From positions 9,362,001 to 9,426,000 of the forward strand of contig NC_047082.1 in assembly GCF_902459465.1 (NCBI RefSeq): DNA of 64,000 nucleotides. The letters run 5' to 3'. Source of the DNA: Asterias rubens. Taxonomy: Eukaryota. A model generated the notes under the pieces. That model searched no databases and was not told the origin of the DNA. It was given only the letters and a program-made list of their open reading frames with translations. The translations under genes and the position numbers were made by a program. Positions 24,481 through 38,518 of this stretch are shown here, in pieces. The first letter of the stretch is position 1. The number at the start of each line of letters is the position of its first letter.

Positions 24481-25824
24481 CATTTATGTATCTACCGAGC
24501 ACTTAACCCGTTGCACTCAAAATCAGCTTCACTGTTCATTTCGTTGATTCTGGTAATCTGGTTTACCAAACATTATTGAACACAAATCGATAGACAGTGG
24601 CGTCTCGGTATCGCCTACACATTCAGCAGAATAAAATGAATTAAGTATATTATTTGTGTCACTTAAGATAGCACATCAACATGGTTTGTGTAGATATGGA
24701 TTTGGGATTCTCTTTATTTTTAATTTAGAGAAAACAAAGTAATGTTTACTCATAAAACGGAACAGTTCTCGTTAATTAAGTTGCTATTGATTAACGAAAA
24801 CCTAATTATGTTGTTATTATTCCGTGTACATTTATGAAATTAAAAAACGATATTATTTATTCATCCATTCATGTTTGTTTGGTACTGTTTTTTTTTCTTT
24901 AATGTGTATTCATTTATTTTCCATTTTTAGTCTCAGCTGAGAATTTATGTTAAAGACAGGGTATTCCTTCGGTGGTTCCTCCTAAAATAACGACCACAAA
25001 AAAACGTACTTGCATGGCAAAAAGGATTGGAGAGCTGTGGATATAACAAAAAAATGTTGGAAACAACCGGTTCAAATCCCACAGGGGGCACTATGTGAAC
25101 TGGGTGTTTTCACTAACTGTCTGACTGCGTGGGTTTTCACCGTAATATTAATATTTGCTTGTGTTTTCCTTCAACATCTAGAACTGAAACTTCCTAAATT
25201 GTATTCCTTCCACATGGTTTTCGGCTATATTATAAAAGTGATTAAGTTCGCTTTTCTGAGAGTCCTTGACCACACAACCAGAATCAACAAATGAAATGAA
25301 ATCTTGTTATCAAGTACGCTAACTATAATGTTGAGTATAGTGAGATACCAAATTGGTAAGAGTAGCAAAACCTAAATGTTATTGAGTGTAGTATACGGTC
25401 ATGCTAAGGTATCGTATAAAAGTAGCAGTTGCTTTTTTTCGGTTTTGCTAATTACATTGACGTGAAATCATTGTCATCTAACAGTCATTATTCACGAGTG
25501 ACCGTCTTCAAGTAATTATTGACATTCCATATGTTTCTAGCAACTCAAGACCGATTAAGATCTAGAGACACAATGTGAATCAAGGAAGAGGTCGAAGTCG
25601 ACCTGCTCGTGAATCAAGCCTTAACAGTGAACGTGACGGAGTCATGCTTTAAAAACTAAACACTGAAAACCCCTTTAGGGTAACAAAAAACCTTGACTGT
25701 CGATACGAAATGCTCATTTTTACAGTTCGTCGTTGTACTCAAACAATGTTAAAATGCAAACTCATTAGCCGTCCTCTAGTTGTTTGCCGTCCTCTATGTG
25801 GCAAGATCGATGACCTATTGAGTC

Positions 25825-25905
25825 CAAATTTGCACAGATTTGTGTTGCTAAAGTTGGGAAAAAGTGAGAATACTGGTCGTTGACAACCGAAGGTGTCCGT
25901 TGCCT
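25825..25905 (-). mobile_element. Terminal remnant of the AGGCA MITE
   Basis: gtgagaatactggtcgttgacaaccgaaggtgtccgttgcct|ttaa. Confidence 0.55.
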
Positions 25906-26040
25906 TTAAAGGGTGTGTTTTGAGAAATCGTGTTTAATCTTGAATTTGGATTAAAGATACACGTCAGGAGAATGTCAATCCCTGATATTATGCTGATGGC
26001 ACGTTGTTTTGTTTTGTTTTCCGTACTATGGCGAATCTAA

Positions 26041-26227
26041 AGGCCCGGTCACACATGCCCCGATAACGAGAACGAGAACGATACAAATGCATGTCCTCGA
26101 TTGGTTGACTATAAGCGTGTGCGTATTCTGCATGGAGCAATTCAACCAATCGAGGGCGTGCATTTTTATCGTTCTCGTTTTCGTTCTCGTTTTCGTTCTC
26201 GTTAGCGGGGCCTGTGTGACCGGGCCA
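26041..26227. mobile_element. Foldback MITE with TWA flanks (PIF/Harbinger-like)
   Basis: taa|aggcccggtcacaca ... tgtgtgaccgggcca|tta; internal (GAGAAC)n/(GTTCTC)n arms. Confidence 0.75.
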
Positions 26228-26581
26228 TTAATCAAGCCATATCATTACTGATTTATGAACCGTTCTGGTTCCCGGCAACATGACCTCATAGTCGGTCCTA
26301 CTCCTCTTACGAGTGATTGGTCGTTTGTTTCTCATTATACTCCCCATCGGCAACATAAGGGCAAAGAGTGGGATGGTTTGCAACAACCATCCTCGCTAGA
26401 GTCCTTAAGTGAAACATGTGGGATGGAGCTAGGATATTGCGTCGAGCTTCGTTTAATCGGTCAAAATGTCAAAAGCATTATGTCAGTGGAAATTGTTGTA
26501 GGGGTTCAACAACCGTACGTGGAATCAACAGTGCGTTAAATTCAGATGTGTATCTTGAGCAAGACTCGATTTCCCAATGTT

Positions 26582-26583
<2 letters not shown>

Positions 26584-26621
<38 letters not shown>

Positions 26622-26930
26622 TAATAATAAAAATAATAATAGTGGCTTCTTGTATAGTGCTAATATCCGTCTCTGGCGTTCAAGGCGCTTCAGCATTCGG
26701 TATTTTCCAGCAAGGTATACGTTTGAATTAAGAGACATAATTATTGTACACAGCGCTGTGTTATTTTACGTGCGTTACACAACACACGGGACTAACGGCG
26801 ATACGTCCTATCCGAAGTACGAAGTATCATGGTTAAGTTTATTGTTGAGGGACACGCACGTGTTAAGAGTGGGACTCGAATCCACACTATACTGATCAGA
26901 AACACCAGAGCTTGAGGGCCATGACACGCC
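26584..26930 (-). mobile_element. tRNA-headed SINE with Deu-like core and an (ATT)n tail
   Basis: Reverse strand: head ggcgtgtcatggcc...ggattcgagtccca, core cttcggataggacgt...ccgtgtgttgtgtaacgcacgtaaaa, tail gcgccttgaacgcc...aagaagccact, then (ATT)n at 26584-26640. Confidence 0.75.
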
Positions 26931-27732
26931 ATAAACTATGTCTACTACGAAACTATTTTATGTGTTGTCCACTTATTCTACAATCCAATAATTGTAAGCC
27001 AGTCCATTGCGTCTAATAACAAACATGACATTTTAATGTAAAGCTTTAATACGTCATAAGCTTTAAACATCCCAAGCTTCTATGATTGCTGTTTGTCTTT
27101 AAAGCGTTTTTCAGTAACTTTGCAGTTTGTCTAACGTCCCTCTCCCTGTGTGTTTCCTTTGGCTGTTATGTTTTCTCAACCAACTCAAACTGTTACAACA
27201 TCAGAAAGTAGATTCAATATTTTGATATCAACAAATAATTGAACTACACAATAAGTCTAAGTAAGCCTACAGCTAAAGAAGAAGTTAATCAGAGGTACGG
27301 TTAGTCGTTGAAGCACTTCCTGTGGTGTTTACACTCAGCCTATTGACATCAGTAAACGGAGGGATTCTGCTGTTATTTCAACAAATCCATCATGATCAAC
27401 TGAAAGTGGTCATCGAGCCAATTTAATCCGCCCCTGAAACAACCCGACTCCGGCCTGGGGTCAAGCTAGACCGTTCACCGGCCGTAAGTACCGCCGAGCT
27501 GGCCGCTCGGAGGTCGGTATCTCTCAGGGGTCGAGGCGGCCAGCAATTATGGCTAAGTGGGCAGCCACGGGGGCAAATAAATAGCTGGATCAAGGTTGAA
27601 ATCGTCAATGAAAGATGAACGAGATGAGAGTGAAGGAGAACCCTTTTTTGTAAGATTCGGGAAGACAAGATTGCTGTGTCATCAGCTCGCTCCATATCTC
27701 TACTGCATTGTGGTAACATCTCTGTCTGTTAA

Positions 27733-28094
27733 AGGCAGTGGACACTTGTGATAATTACTCAAAATAATTATTAGCATGGAGAGAGGTTTATAGTATAAAA
27801 CATTGTGAGAAGCGGCTTCCTCTGAAGTAACATATGTTTTCGCGAAAGAAGTAATTTTCCACGAACTTGACTTCGGAGACCTCAAGTTAAAAATTTGGTG
27901 TCAAAACGCAGGCGTCTGAAGGCACACAACTTAGTGTGACAATTGCGTGTTTATTTTTCTTTCATTATTATCTCGCAACTTCGACGACTGATTAAGTTCA
28001 AATTTTCATAGGTTTGTTATTCTATGCATAATATGTTGAGATACACCAACTGTGAAGACTAATCTTTGTCAATTGCCAATAGTGTCCACTGTAT
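27733..28094 (-). mobile_element. AGGCAGTGGACAC MITE, subfamily A
   Basis: ttaa|aggcagtggacac ... agtgtccactgtat|ttaa; interior reversed relative to the 10808 copy. Confidence 0.88.
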
Positions 28095-29367
28095 TTAAGG
28101 TGTGTACTGGGCGTTTAAGAAATTTATATGCACACTTCTGGGTTGAATGTTGAATGGAGCCATGCTGATATGGAAAGGGGTTAACATCGAGGGATTTGGC
28201 ATCTACCCATTTTTTTGATAATTTTGACACAGAATCCAGGATAAAATAATACTTTACAACGAAAGAATTTGTTCCGATAAAACTTGTTTTAACAGTTTGA
28301 ATTACGACAAATTAGGATAGAAAGGTTAAAAACCTTTTTATGTTTGAGTGCTTTGAACAATGTAGATTTGCGTTCATGCGTTCATGACATCTGTCTCTCT
28401 GATTGGCGTATCGACCCGCTGTCGTTTTAAACTAGTTCATCACATATGAAATTAAATATTATATTCAACAAATATTGGAGTAACATTAATTTTCTCGGAT
28501 GAAAAACCCCTTTGCCTAAAGCCATTAAGCACCAATGCTTGTCTACGCTATGACATGTTTTTCACGCTATGTAAACCGTCAGATTGTTTTCTTTATTAAA
28601 TTAGTTGTTTACTTTCTGTGAGCCGAAACTTTGCGTATTGGGAGAATTTATCAGTTTTGGGAAACTTAATCAGTTTTTGGAGAATTTATCATAGATGCCA
28701 CATTAGCATTCGACGTTAACGATTGTGGTTTATTTTAGATTGTTTCGGTAGGGAATTCTGTTCAATAATTTATTTAATTTATATATTTATTTATTAGTTA
28801 ACTAATAATATTTTATTCGTTTAATTTCTCAACAAAGATAAAGGAAGTTAAATTAACCTGTAAACACTACCAAAATAACCTGATTCTGGGTCTCGTCAAA
28901 ACATGTTTATGTCTGCAGTCTCACATTTGTCCATCTTCGATAAAAAAAGGAACAAAATATGTGGGTCATTTTACAATAAGCAGTAATGTATTGCGCAGTT
29001 AACAAACGGCAATCAACATTTCCGCTTTCCAGCCATTTTTTTTTTTTCAACCTTTTTTTCCTGACTCTGTCTGTTCCAGACGACGCGTAGTTTGCCATTG
29101 GCTTCGTGATCGATACTTCCATTTAAAATTTACAGCAACAACCTTCTGCCGACATGAACATCATGTCCATGATGGTATACAAACTACATGGTTTTTTGTG
29201 GTTTAATTGGCACGCGGTATCAAACTGCAACCTTCAACTGAATAACAATGGGAACGGGGATGCCACAAACAGTGCGCAACTCCGGTGTGGCAGTTTTGAC
29301 CGTGATCAAACTCATATTCAACAGGTATAGCTTTCGCCAGTTCTGACTTCCCTTGGTGGTTGGAAAA

Positions 29368-29471
29368 CCGGTAGTGCGTCCAAATGGCCTATCTCGCATA
29401 TTATAATCTCTTAATTTGCCGGTAGTGCGTCCAAATGTCCTATTTCGCTTATTATAATCTCTTAAAATTTG
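29368..29471. repeat. 51-bp tandem duplication
   Basis: ccggtagtgcgtccaaat...attataatctcttaa at 29368 and 29419. Confidence 0.85.
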
Positions 29472-29494
29472 CATCGTACACGTAATTCTTATAT

Positions 29495-29646
29495 GGGTGC
29501 GTTCGATTAGCTTCCCCAGGTCGACCCCGGTTTGTGGCGGGTTTTTTTCCCAGGACGAACGTGTGCAGATAATTACCCACGTTCGTCCTGAAAAAAAAAA
29601 CCGCCACACACCGGGGATGACCCAGGGAAGCTAAACGAACGCACCC
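29495..29646. mobile_element. 152-bp foldback MITE with a 3-bp TAT target duplication (Harbinger-like)
   Basis: tat|gggtgcgttcgattagcttccc ... gggaagctaaacgaacgcaccc|tat; arms pair nearly end to end. Confidence 0.85.
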
Positions 29647-29700
29647 TATAGATGGATTGCTGTCGACGTCATTGGCCGCCATCTTTGATGCACGCGTAAA

Positions 29701-30063
29701 AGGCTACCATTGGTTATTACTCAAAATAAGTGTAGCCTTACAAAATTACGGACAGCTGTTAAAGTATAAAACATTGTGAGTCACGGCTCACTCTGAAGTA
29801 ACGTAGTTTTTGAGTATTAGGTAATTTCTCACTCAAATAATATAAGACTTCAGCTGAAGCCATTATTATGCATCTGTGAAAGCACACAAAGTAATGCAAC
29901 GGTGGTATTGTTTCCCCTTCCTTTATTCTCTTGCAACGTTAATGACCAACTGATCTTCTATTTTCACAGATTTGTATGTTATGGATTTATGTTTGGATAG
30001 GGCCTATACGCCAAGTGGTAATACTGGTCTTTGACAATATTATTACCAACAGTGTCCACGGCT
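29701..30063 (-). mobile_element. AGGCA MITE, subfamily B, diverged
   Basis: ggttattactcaaaat...ctctgaagtaacgtagtttttgag...ttaccaacagtgtccac. Confidence 0.75.
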
Positions 30064-31454
30064 ATTAAAAGTGATTACTGATTGCGTTGGGTGTATATGA
30101 ATGTACAGCACATAACGTTCGTCTTATAGAATATCCGAGATGAATAATACTACAAAGTATGAATTTCGGGCCCGCGGGAATTTTTTTCTTCAGAAACCTG
30201 ATCGGCCCAGATTAACCTGTCACTCTTGAAGAGGAAACGGTTTATCTAAAACTCAGTTTTTCGTAGTTTCAGCTTGGGACAATAAATACCCCTTTCCGCT
30301 GGAAATCATTTTAAGTTTGGGGGATTTCGGTTTGAGGGATTTCCGTTGTTAAGGCACTGGTTGCGTCTAGGATAAGTCGATTATAATTGAAGACAATATC
30401 ACATTTCACATTGGTTATTTACGGTTGCCTGGACATTCCTGATGTCTACGCACTTTGACTTCGACACTAAAAACTTTAAGTATAATTTACACATAGTTCC
30501 AAGATTATTTTCAAGATTACTATGTTAGTGTTTGTATTAAAGATTGTATACCGTAACCGAGATTCAAGGAAATGAAAAACAAACGACTTTGTGTGAACTG
30601 CTGGAGTTTGTTATTATTTTAAAAACACTTGATTGTGTATTCTTTGTTTATTCTGTGTAGAAAAAAATTCTGAACACACAAGCTGTTTTCATCTGATGCC
30701 CAGTGGAACCACTCAAAACTAGTTCTTTCTAAAACTAACCCTTCTAAAACTAATCCTTCCCAGCAATTGGCGGTTCCGCTGTTGGTTTGGACCATAAATA
30801 TAAATACACTTATAAGTATTTTGCAATCACAAATGTACAGCCAAACATAACATAAAAAGAGAGTAAAAGAGAAGTTTTGACTTGCACATCATTACAAGGG
30901 AATTTTATTTTAATTTTATTTGTTATTCAGTTTTGAGAAACATTACAATCACTTTTTAAGGATTCCTGCTTTCTTCAGAAAGCGGTTATCTCCCCTGGTG
31001 GTCCTTACAATAAATCACTGATGGTTGTCTTTAAGGAGCGAGATCACGCTCAGCTTTACATCGGCGTCAGAAAGTTGCAGCCCTTGGTTGCATATAATAT
31101 AGCTGAGGGCAATCCTTGATTATTGTATAAGGCGCAACAAGACTACGTTGCCATGGTAATCCATGCATCACGGGGGGCCTTAACATTTATTGTTGGCCCT
31201 CTTCCCAAGGAATCCTGGGTCAATCACTTAGTTAACTGCCCCGAGGTCTCTCTTCCACACAGTGAACATTTCCGCTGGCCGTTGAGTTGTCCTCGTAGTG
31301 GGTCCGTCATCGGGATGAGTTAATGATAAATGAGCAACCATGGAATCGGGATGAGACGACAAGAAACTGTGAAGCTAAGGGTGGATGTCAAGCTTTACGG
31401 TTGTGTTCTTGGCTTCGGGTGACTTTGCAAAGGGAAGGCAAAGACAACAGAGTC

Positions 31455-32470
31455 TAGATTTCCTCTCGGCTACAGATAAGAGGATGAATGTAACCAAATA
31501 AAGTGAAGAAAGAGGAGGTTTTAAGGTTGTTATGTACTTGTTACGTCACGGTGTTGTACGTTAACTCATGGTTGTATTGTTCAGCGGTAAGTTTTTCGAA
31601 ATAAGGAAGAAAACTGTTTATTTACATGCTCGATTTCCTTCGGCCACATATTAAAGGAAGAATATAACAAAATAAAAGTGTCGAAAGATGAGGTTTTTAA
31701 AGTTGCTCTGTACCGGTTATGTCACGGTTTCTACTTATACTCATGGTTGTATTGTTCAGCGTTAAAGGCAGTGGACACTATTGGTGATTGTCAAAGAATA
31801 GCCTTCACAGTTGGTGTATCTCAACATATGCATAAAATAACTAACTTGTGAAAATTTGAGCTCAATCGGTCATTGAAGTTTCGAGATAATAATGAAAGAA
31901 AAAAACACATTTGTCACACGAAGTTGTGTGTGTTTAGATGGTTGATTTCGAGACCTCAAGTTCTAAATCTGAGGTCTCGAAATCAAATTCGTGGAAAATT
32001 ACTTCTTTTCTCGAAAACTACTTCAACTCAGAGGGAGCTGTTTCTCACAATGTTTTATTCCATCAACCTCTCCCCATTACTTGTCACCAAGAAAGGTTAT
32101 ATGTTAATAATTATTTTGAGTAATTACCAATAGTGGACACTGCCTTTAAGTTTTTCGAAATGAGGAAGAAAGCTGCTCACTTACTTTAGCGATTTCCATC
32201 GGCTACATATTATAGGATGAATGTAAACAACATAAAAGTGACGAAAGAGGAAGTTTTTAAAGTTGTTCTGTCCCTGTTATGTCACGGTGTTGTTCGTTAC
32301 TCATGGTTGTATTGTTCAGCGTAAAAATTTTCGAAATGACTAGGAACATAACTCTTCACTTTCTTGCACGATTTTCTTTCGGCTACCTAAATATTAATGT
32401 CACAAAATACAATCGAACTGCTCCTGTTATGTCATTGTGTTCTACGTATACTCATGGTTGCACTGCTAAG
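31455..32470. repeat. Diverged ~175-bp tandem repeat (about 4 copies) interrupted by a MITE
   Basis: actcatggttg at 31564, 31739, 32299 and 32450. Confidence 0.8.
31766..32145 (+). mobile_element. AGGCAGTGGACAC MITE, subfamily A
   Basis: ttaa|aggcagtggacactattgg ... cactgcct|ttaa. Confidence 0.92.
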
Positions 32471-34510
32471 TGGAACACCAAACGAATTAAGGGTCATAAC
32501 TCTTCACTATCTCACCAGATTCTTTTCTCTTTTTTCCTACACAGGCTGACTAGATAATTACAGAAAGTTAAATTGTAAAGGTGTTGACTGAAGGTGTCAA
32601 GGGTCTGGCGTTCAAATCTTTCTTTTTCTGTTAGTTTCTTCTGTTCTTTTCTTTTTAGCAAGCGTTTGAACTCTTGCGAAAGTTGTTTAAATTAAAAAAC
32701 ATCCAACAGAAAACCAGAAACATTTAATTGAGGACGATTTTGTCTGGACAAAATTTCGTGATCTACGGATCACCCATGATCTACGGATTAAATCGTAATC
32801 CAGAATGTTCGCACTGCTATCAGACGAATAAATGGCAAATTAGTTTCCCAGAATGAACTCATTTTAAGGCGAAGTACATTCAACCACATTTAACCAATTT
32901 AATTTAAAACACTGGCGTCTGTTAAATCCATTTTTTTTTTTTGACTAAAAGCGAGATCAAGAAGATTAACCTGTCTACAGTTGCTCAATTTAGTTTGTTG
33001 CGTTTTTCTTTTTTTTTTTTCGATTAGTGTATCATGATGCTCTTGATCGCCAACATGCGCGCTTGTCTTCTGCTGCAAGGTAGATCATACTATTTTCCCA
33101 TTGATAACTCACCTCGCAATGCCTTTAGACCATTGTTGTTTTATTACTTCTTCAGGCAATACCTATCTACAGTTTTATTATTTTCACAATACTAGTTGCA
33201 ATGCATATAGCCCCTACACGGTTAGAGAACACTCTGCGATGCATTCAACTCTGCTGTTATGTTGTTATTTTTATTAAACTATTTTTTATTTGTAAAATAC
33301 GAGGTGTGCCAATGAAGGAAATGGTTGGTATACTGTGCGTGAAACACCAAAATATTTTCAGGAAATGAAAAAAATGCCCGTCAAATGGTCTCGTGTCTTT
33401 GCAGATTTTTAAACCATAGCATTGGAGCGAGCCACCCTGTCTGCATGGGTAGTAATGGTGATGTGCGCATCAGTGACAATCTAATGCACAATCGATGTTC
33501 AAAGGGTGAATGTCCACACCTCCACAAGTTGCAAAAAGACAGCAACAAGTGTTACAGACACAATATTGAGAGGGGAAAACTACACACAGTCAAACTGTTT
33601 CTAAGTCTACCAAGACTCAATGTTCATTTGTTTTTATATTGCAGGACAGTTTATGAGGAAGGAATCGAACGGTTACAAATTGTTATACACTGTTAACAAT
33701 AAATAGCCAAAAACGACGAAAGTTATTCATAAGACATCACTTTGAATGATGACTTAGTCAACATGATGTTGACTAAAAACTAACGTCTTCTTTGACTAAG
33801 TTATTTTGTTCAGTGTATTGTCTGCAAGCTCATGCATTAACAAAAAAAGTGTAAACAAACGGCACATTTTCAAGAACAGAGTTAATTCCCGGCGCCAACT
33901 AGACTTTTAGAAAATTGACATCATTTCGCTATTACCTATAAATGGCAGACTGAGCGCACATGTTCATATTGGCCAGAGGCAACCTTATGGGGGACAGCGC
34001 CAACAAGTAGCAATGGTTTTCAGCCGCCTTGCAGCTGGTATCTCCAGTTTGGGTGTGTGAATCGCCTATGGACTTCAACGCGTTGACACTGACGCATTAT
34101 TGGATAGCACTGTGGCAGAGGTGAAGTCAATAGTATTAAGTCTATCCTACGTCAAGACAAAATGACAAGACGTGTCATGCATAATGCAACTTTAGAAGTC
34201 CGTGTAGAAAAGTCTGGTATACTATGCAACTGTTCTCCGATACATCAAGTAGTCTTGGGGAAAGGCCTCTTTAAAAAACGGTTCGAACTAAAAATATCAA
34301 CGCCAACTTTGCTACCAACATTCACACACAAATGATGAGACAAAACTCAAATGAATTGTGCAATCAGTTGCAAACAAAACATACATCGACTATTCATTCA
34401 TAAATTATCTCAAAGACTTGCGTCTTGGTTTTGTGAAACTCGTTACTAACGGTACTTGAGAATGGCATTTGACTCCGCTTAGCTAGCTGGTCTCTCCGTT
34501 TATGGTTTAA

Positions 34511-34868
34511 AGGGTCTAAATGTAACTTTTGCAGGACAAAAAACCACAATGTCAACAGATTTACACTTAACTTACACAGTTTGAAGATAATGAAAGTAGA
34601 AAGCTTCCCTGAAAATATTACGTGCTGAGGTGCTGTAGTTTTGGGGAAATGAGTAAAACGATGTCATGAAAATAATTTTCGTCTCATGAGACGCAAATTT
34701 ATTTTAATCATTTACAAACGTATTTTCATGCCATTGTCTTACTCGTTTCTCAAAAACTACAGCACCTCAGTAAGTAAGATTTGACGGGAAGCTTTCCACT
34801 ATCATTATCTTCAAACCCTGTAAGTTTAATGTAAATCTATGGACATTTTGAAAAAGTATCCAAATCCT
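34511..34868 (+). mobile_element. AGGGTCTA MITE family (TTAA target duplication, AG...CT ends)
   Basis: ttaa|agggtctaaatgtaac ... tatccaaatcct|ttaa; long internal inverted repeat; second copy at 40684-41037. Confidence 0.88.
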
Positions 34869-37800
34869 TTAACAATGCATGAAATGAATATGACACTCAC
34901 CGTACTTGACACATGGGCTGTTTACATTGTAGCACTCTCACTCTGTGTATCCTTGCAAGTGTATATATAGCTCGAAGTTTGAACTTTGAAACTGCCGACC
35001 GCGAATCCCCCAGTTTTCTGTTTTTGTTTTCTGTTACCTGGAGTGTTTGTCCTGTCTCAATTGTTGTTGTCTGTCTGTCTACAGGCTGTATTCTACCAGT
35101 GCCTCACACCACCCATGCTTTTATAATAGAACCTCGGTGCTTCAGAATAGACCCGATGACTATAACTGATATCCATGTTTATAGAAATATTATAACCCAA
35201 TCAAATATGCTCAACCAATTTCAAAACAATGTATTACCTGCAATCCATTTATCACGGCAGTTGTATTTTATTCATTTGCGACTTCCGTGCCTTTCCATTT
35301 ACCGTGACAAGGTCCTCAAAAAACAAACAATTGTAATGGTTGCTGTACTTTCTAAACGAACAATATCATGTTTAGTACTAAAAGGCCTGTGATAATGAGA
35401 AAGCTAAAGGGACACATTGGTGGTTCTCTTTCAACGCAATTCGATAGGGCAATAAATACACTGAAAGCACTTAGTGCATGACTGATTTTTAATTGCTATC
35501 CGCATTAGGCATATTATCTATCTGACCACTTTAGAAAAGCAAGTGTCAATTCGCCGGTGATTCAATTAACTTTCAAATCAGTGGAAGTAGCCAGGACACT
35601 TCCACGAGGACGTTTCAATCATTGGAATTGTTAAAGAAGACAATTAAAACTGTAACAAAATAATGAACGGTCGTTGGAAAGGGTGTCTAGTGGCACCAAC
35701 GGCGTCTTTGCGTCGAACTGTTGTCAAATTGGCGCGTAAAAACTTGTATTCGTGGCAGGACCAATCACATACAATTGTATTTTTGTTTTATCCTTGGCAA
35801 ACTCATCAGTGGATTCAATTGCGTTCCCGATTGAACGATTGAAAAAAATCAATCGGTATTAATGCTTGGGGATTTATTAGACTTACGGCGACGCCAACAT
35901 TGAGTGTACAGTTTTGGATATCAATATGCTCAAAAGTTTATTTTTGTTAAATGTCATTAATGACTTCAAAAGTCTGTTGTTTTGTTTTTTCTGTGTTTTA
36001 TAAATTTGATTATTAAGTTTTCACACTTGCGTATATCTGTGGCTTTCGGGACTACTAATTGGCTAATACATTCAGCGATCAATGCATCTCTTGTAATCCA
36101 ACCTCATGCACTCCGTTCGATGTGCATTCCTTGGTGGCTCTTCAGAATCTTCACTTCTTCAAGGGAATGATTTGAAACTTCTCCTGCAGGAAAGGCGCAC
36201 ATCATGTGAAGATTTCGGCACTTAAAACTTGTTGGCAAATTTGATGACACTTTGATACGAACGAGCACATCCACTTCTCCAAAACGATCCCCAGCAATTA
36301 CAAACCCGCTGGCAATATGAGCTAACAACTCAGATCTATTTTCAATCAGCGTAACATGTTTTCATTCTTCTAATCGTTACAGAACTTTCGAGCGGAATAC
36401 TTTTAAGGGGCGATTGGTAATTGTTCAATAAATGAAATATTGCACATTTTTACGGGTTATGAAAAGTATTTTATAATTAACCTTGTATAATCAGCATCTC
36501 AAAATAGTGAGACTTGATTTATTTGTTCTTAAAAAATGTGTTGGGATTGAGTTGCAATACTGAGGTTTATGTCAATTTGTTCAGTTAAAAGTAGGTGGCA
36601 ATGACTATTATTTATCTTAATAAATAAATAAAACACATTATTTATAATGATTTTATTTCATCGAATACTTTATTTAACTAATTTAGCCCATTCAAGTGAG
36701 AAACCTGAATGAAGAACAATTTATTTGTTATATAATTGGAATTAAAGCTGTCATCGGTGCTTTAAAAATAAATATCTGTGATTAACGTTTAGCAGGGTTA
36801 AACGCACTTGTTTTGTGTACAGTACGGAAACTAAATAATAACAAAAATTTGTTACGCATTTCCATCCAGCTGTCTTTCTAATAACATATCCGTCCGATTT
36901 ATTTCACCTAAAGTAAACGGGATGACTGTTCAATATTTTCTCAACCCGAAATCGTTCGTGAAAACCGATCTCTCACTTGATATTTCTCTACGATCAATTC
37001 CTCCGAGTCGTATCTCAGCTGCTCGAGTAGAAAGACAATGATACCCCGAAAATTCACAGTGGCGTATGGCTGTTTACTTTGAAACCTATGGCCACAGCCT
37101 TCATCAATGGTATCTCCGTTCGCTGCTGTTAAAACACGTTCAGTAAAAATAAAGGGTTTCGTAGTAAGACAAACCAAGTATTTATGTAGGCTATAATTAT
37201 TGCAAGTGTGTAAAGCACTTCGCCGGCTAGGTGCTATTGCAATTTCATAGTCTGAGTGGTTCAAATGAAATTGTGTTTTTCATTTAAAAAGATGAACAGA
37301 ATCCTACCAATTAATGTTTTTTCTCGGAAAACTAATCCGGTTCCGTTTCTTCTTCTTTTAGTATGACAAAACAACTACGCTGTACTCTTGATCAATTAAC
37401 ACCATTAATCGAGAGGTCAACAATAACATGCAACATACATTTTATGAAAACCATACAAACTACAACAACAACAATAACTTGAAATAAATGTTTATCATTA
37501 TCTGTTAGAAGAAAACAATTATACAGGTTATGTCATTTAAAGCAAAACCGGATGTTGTCGACAGATTTTGTTTAAATAGAATTATTCAAATGCACAATCT
37601 TCTGTTTTACGGGAAACGCAATTGAAAACTGTACAATGTTCCATCTACGGGCAAAACCAAGATTTAGACTGCTTGCAATTTGTCAATTACTTGAATGGCT
37701 AAGTTTTGTAGGTTAAAACCTACAAAACTCTTTCAAGATAAACAATTTACTTTAGCTCAGTTGGATCCATTCCTGTTCTAATTCTTCTGATACACGATTT

Positions 37801-38518
37801 CATCTACGGAGCAGCGTAAACCTTTGGTCGTAAGATTGAAGCGATCCCTGAAGCTAGCCAGACCAAGTCGGGACACGTCACTCCCAGAGTTTTCCCAAAT
37901 GGGCGTGGCTCGACAGTATCCCAGACTGAATCTAAGTTTTTCAAACTCGATTTTTTTTTTTTTTTTTTTTCAATTTCCCTTTTTTTAAGATGTATATATT
38001 TTTTTCATTAGCAGAAACATCAATAATTAGCCTTGCTTTGCCCAAACCTGGTAATTTCGGACTCACTCGTAATCTGATTGTATCCCAGGGCATTCTGTTC
38101 ATATACACACATCCAATATGAAAATGTAATTAGAACGAGCCTATGTTTACTGAGTAAGAAAATTAAGGCCTTGATTTGGGATTTAAAATCAGATAAGATT
38201 ATTACATTTGCTTATTCCTTTCTCCTTTTTTATGCAAGGCTTCCAATGTTTTTTTTTTTTTACAACGAATCAAGGGCATGTGTCTAGCTTTGCCGCTACT
38301 AGTTATTGAACGTTTCTTGATAAATTTGATTACATTATTGACAAGAAATATCCTTTATTAGTTGACGTCTACATAACGCTCGGCGATATAACAATCTATT
38401 ATCGAACTTCAAAGTAGTTTAAAACAACACGAAGAAGTATATATATGGGTATCTGCGAGGGTAGATTTTGCCACAGCAGCTCAGGGCCGTTCTTCCTAGT
38501 GAGCTGAGAATGAGTTAA

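Noticed and set aside
26416-26895. 159-aa ORF with poly-Asn
   Set aside because: It runs through the (AAT)n tail and body of an antisense SINE.
35992-37264. Minus-strand frames with few stops (36104-36328 and its extension; 36941-37264)
   Set aside because: No identifiable homology and no consistent exon chain; could be chance or a very old remnant.
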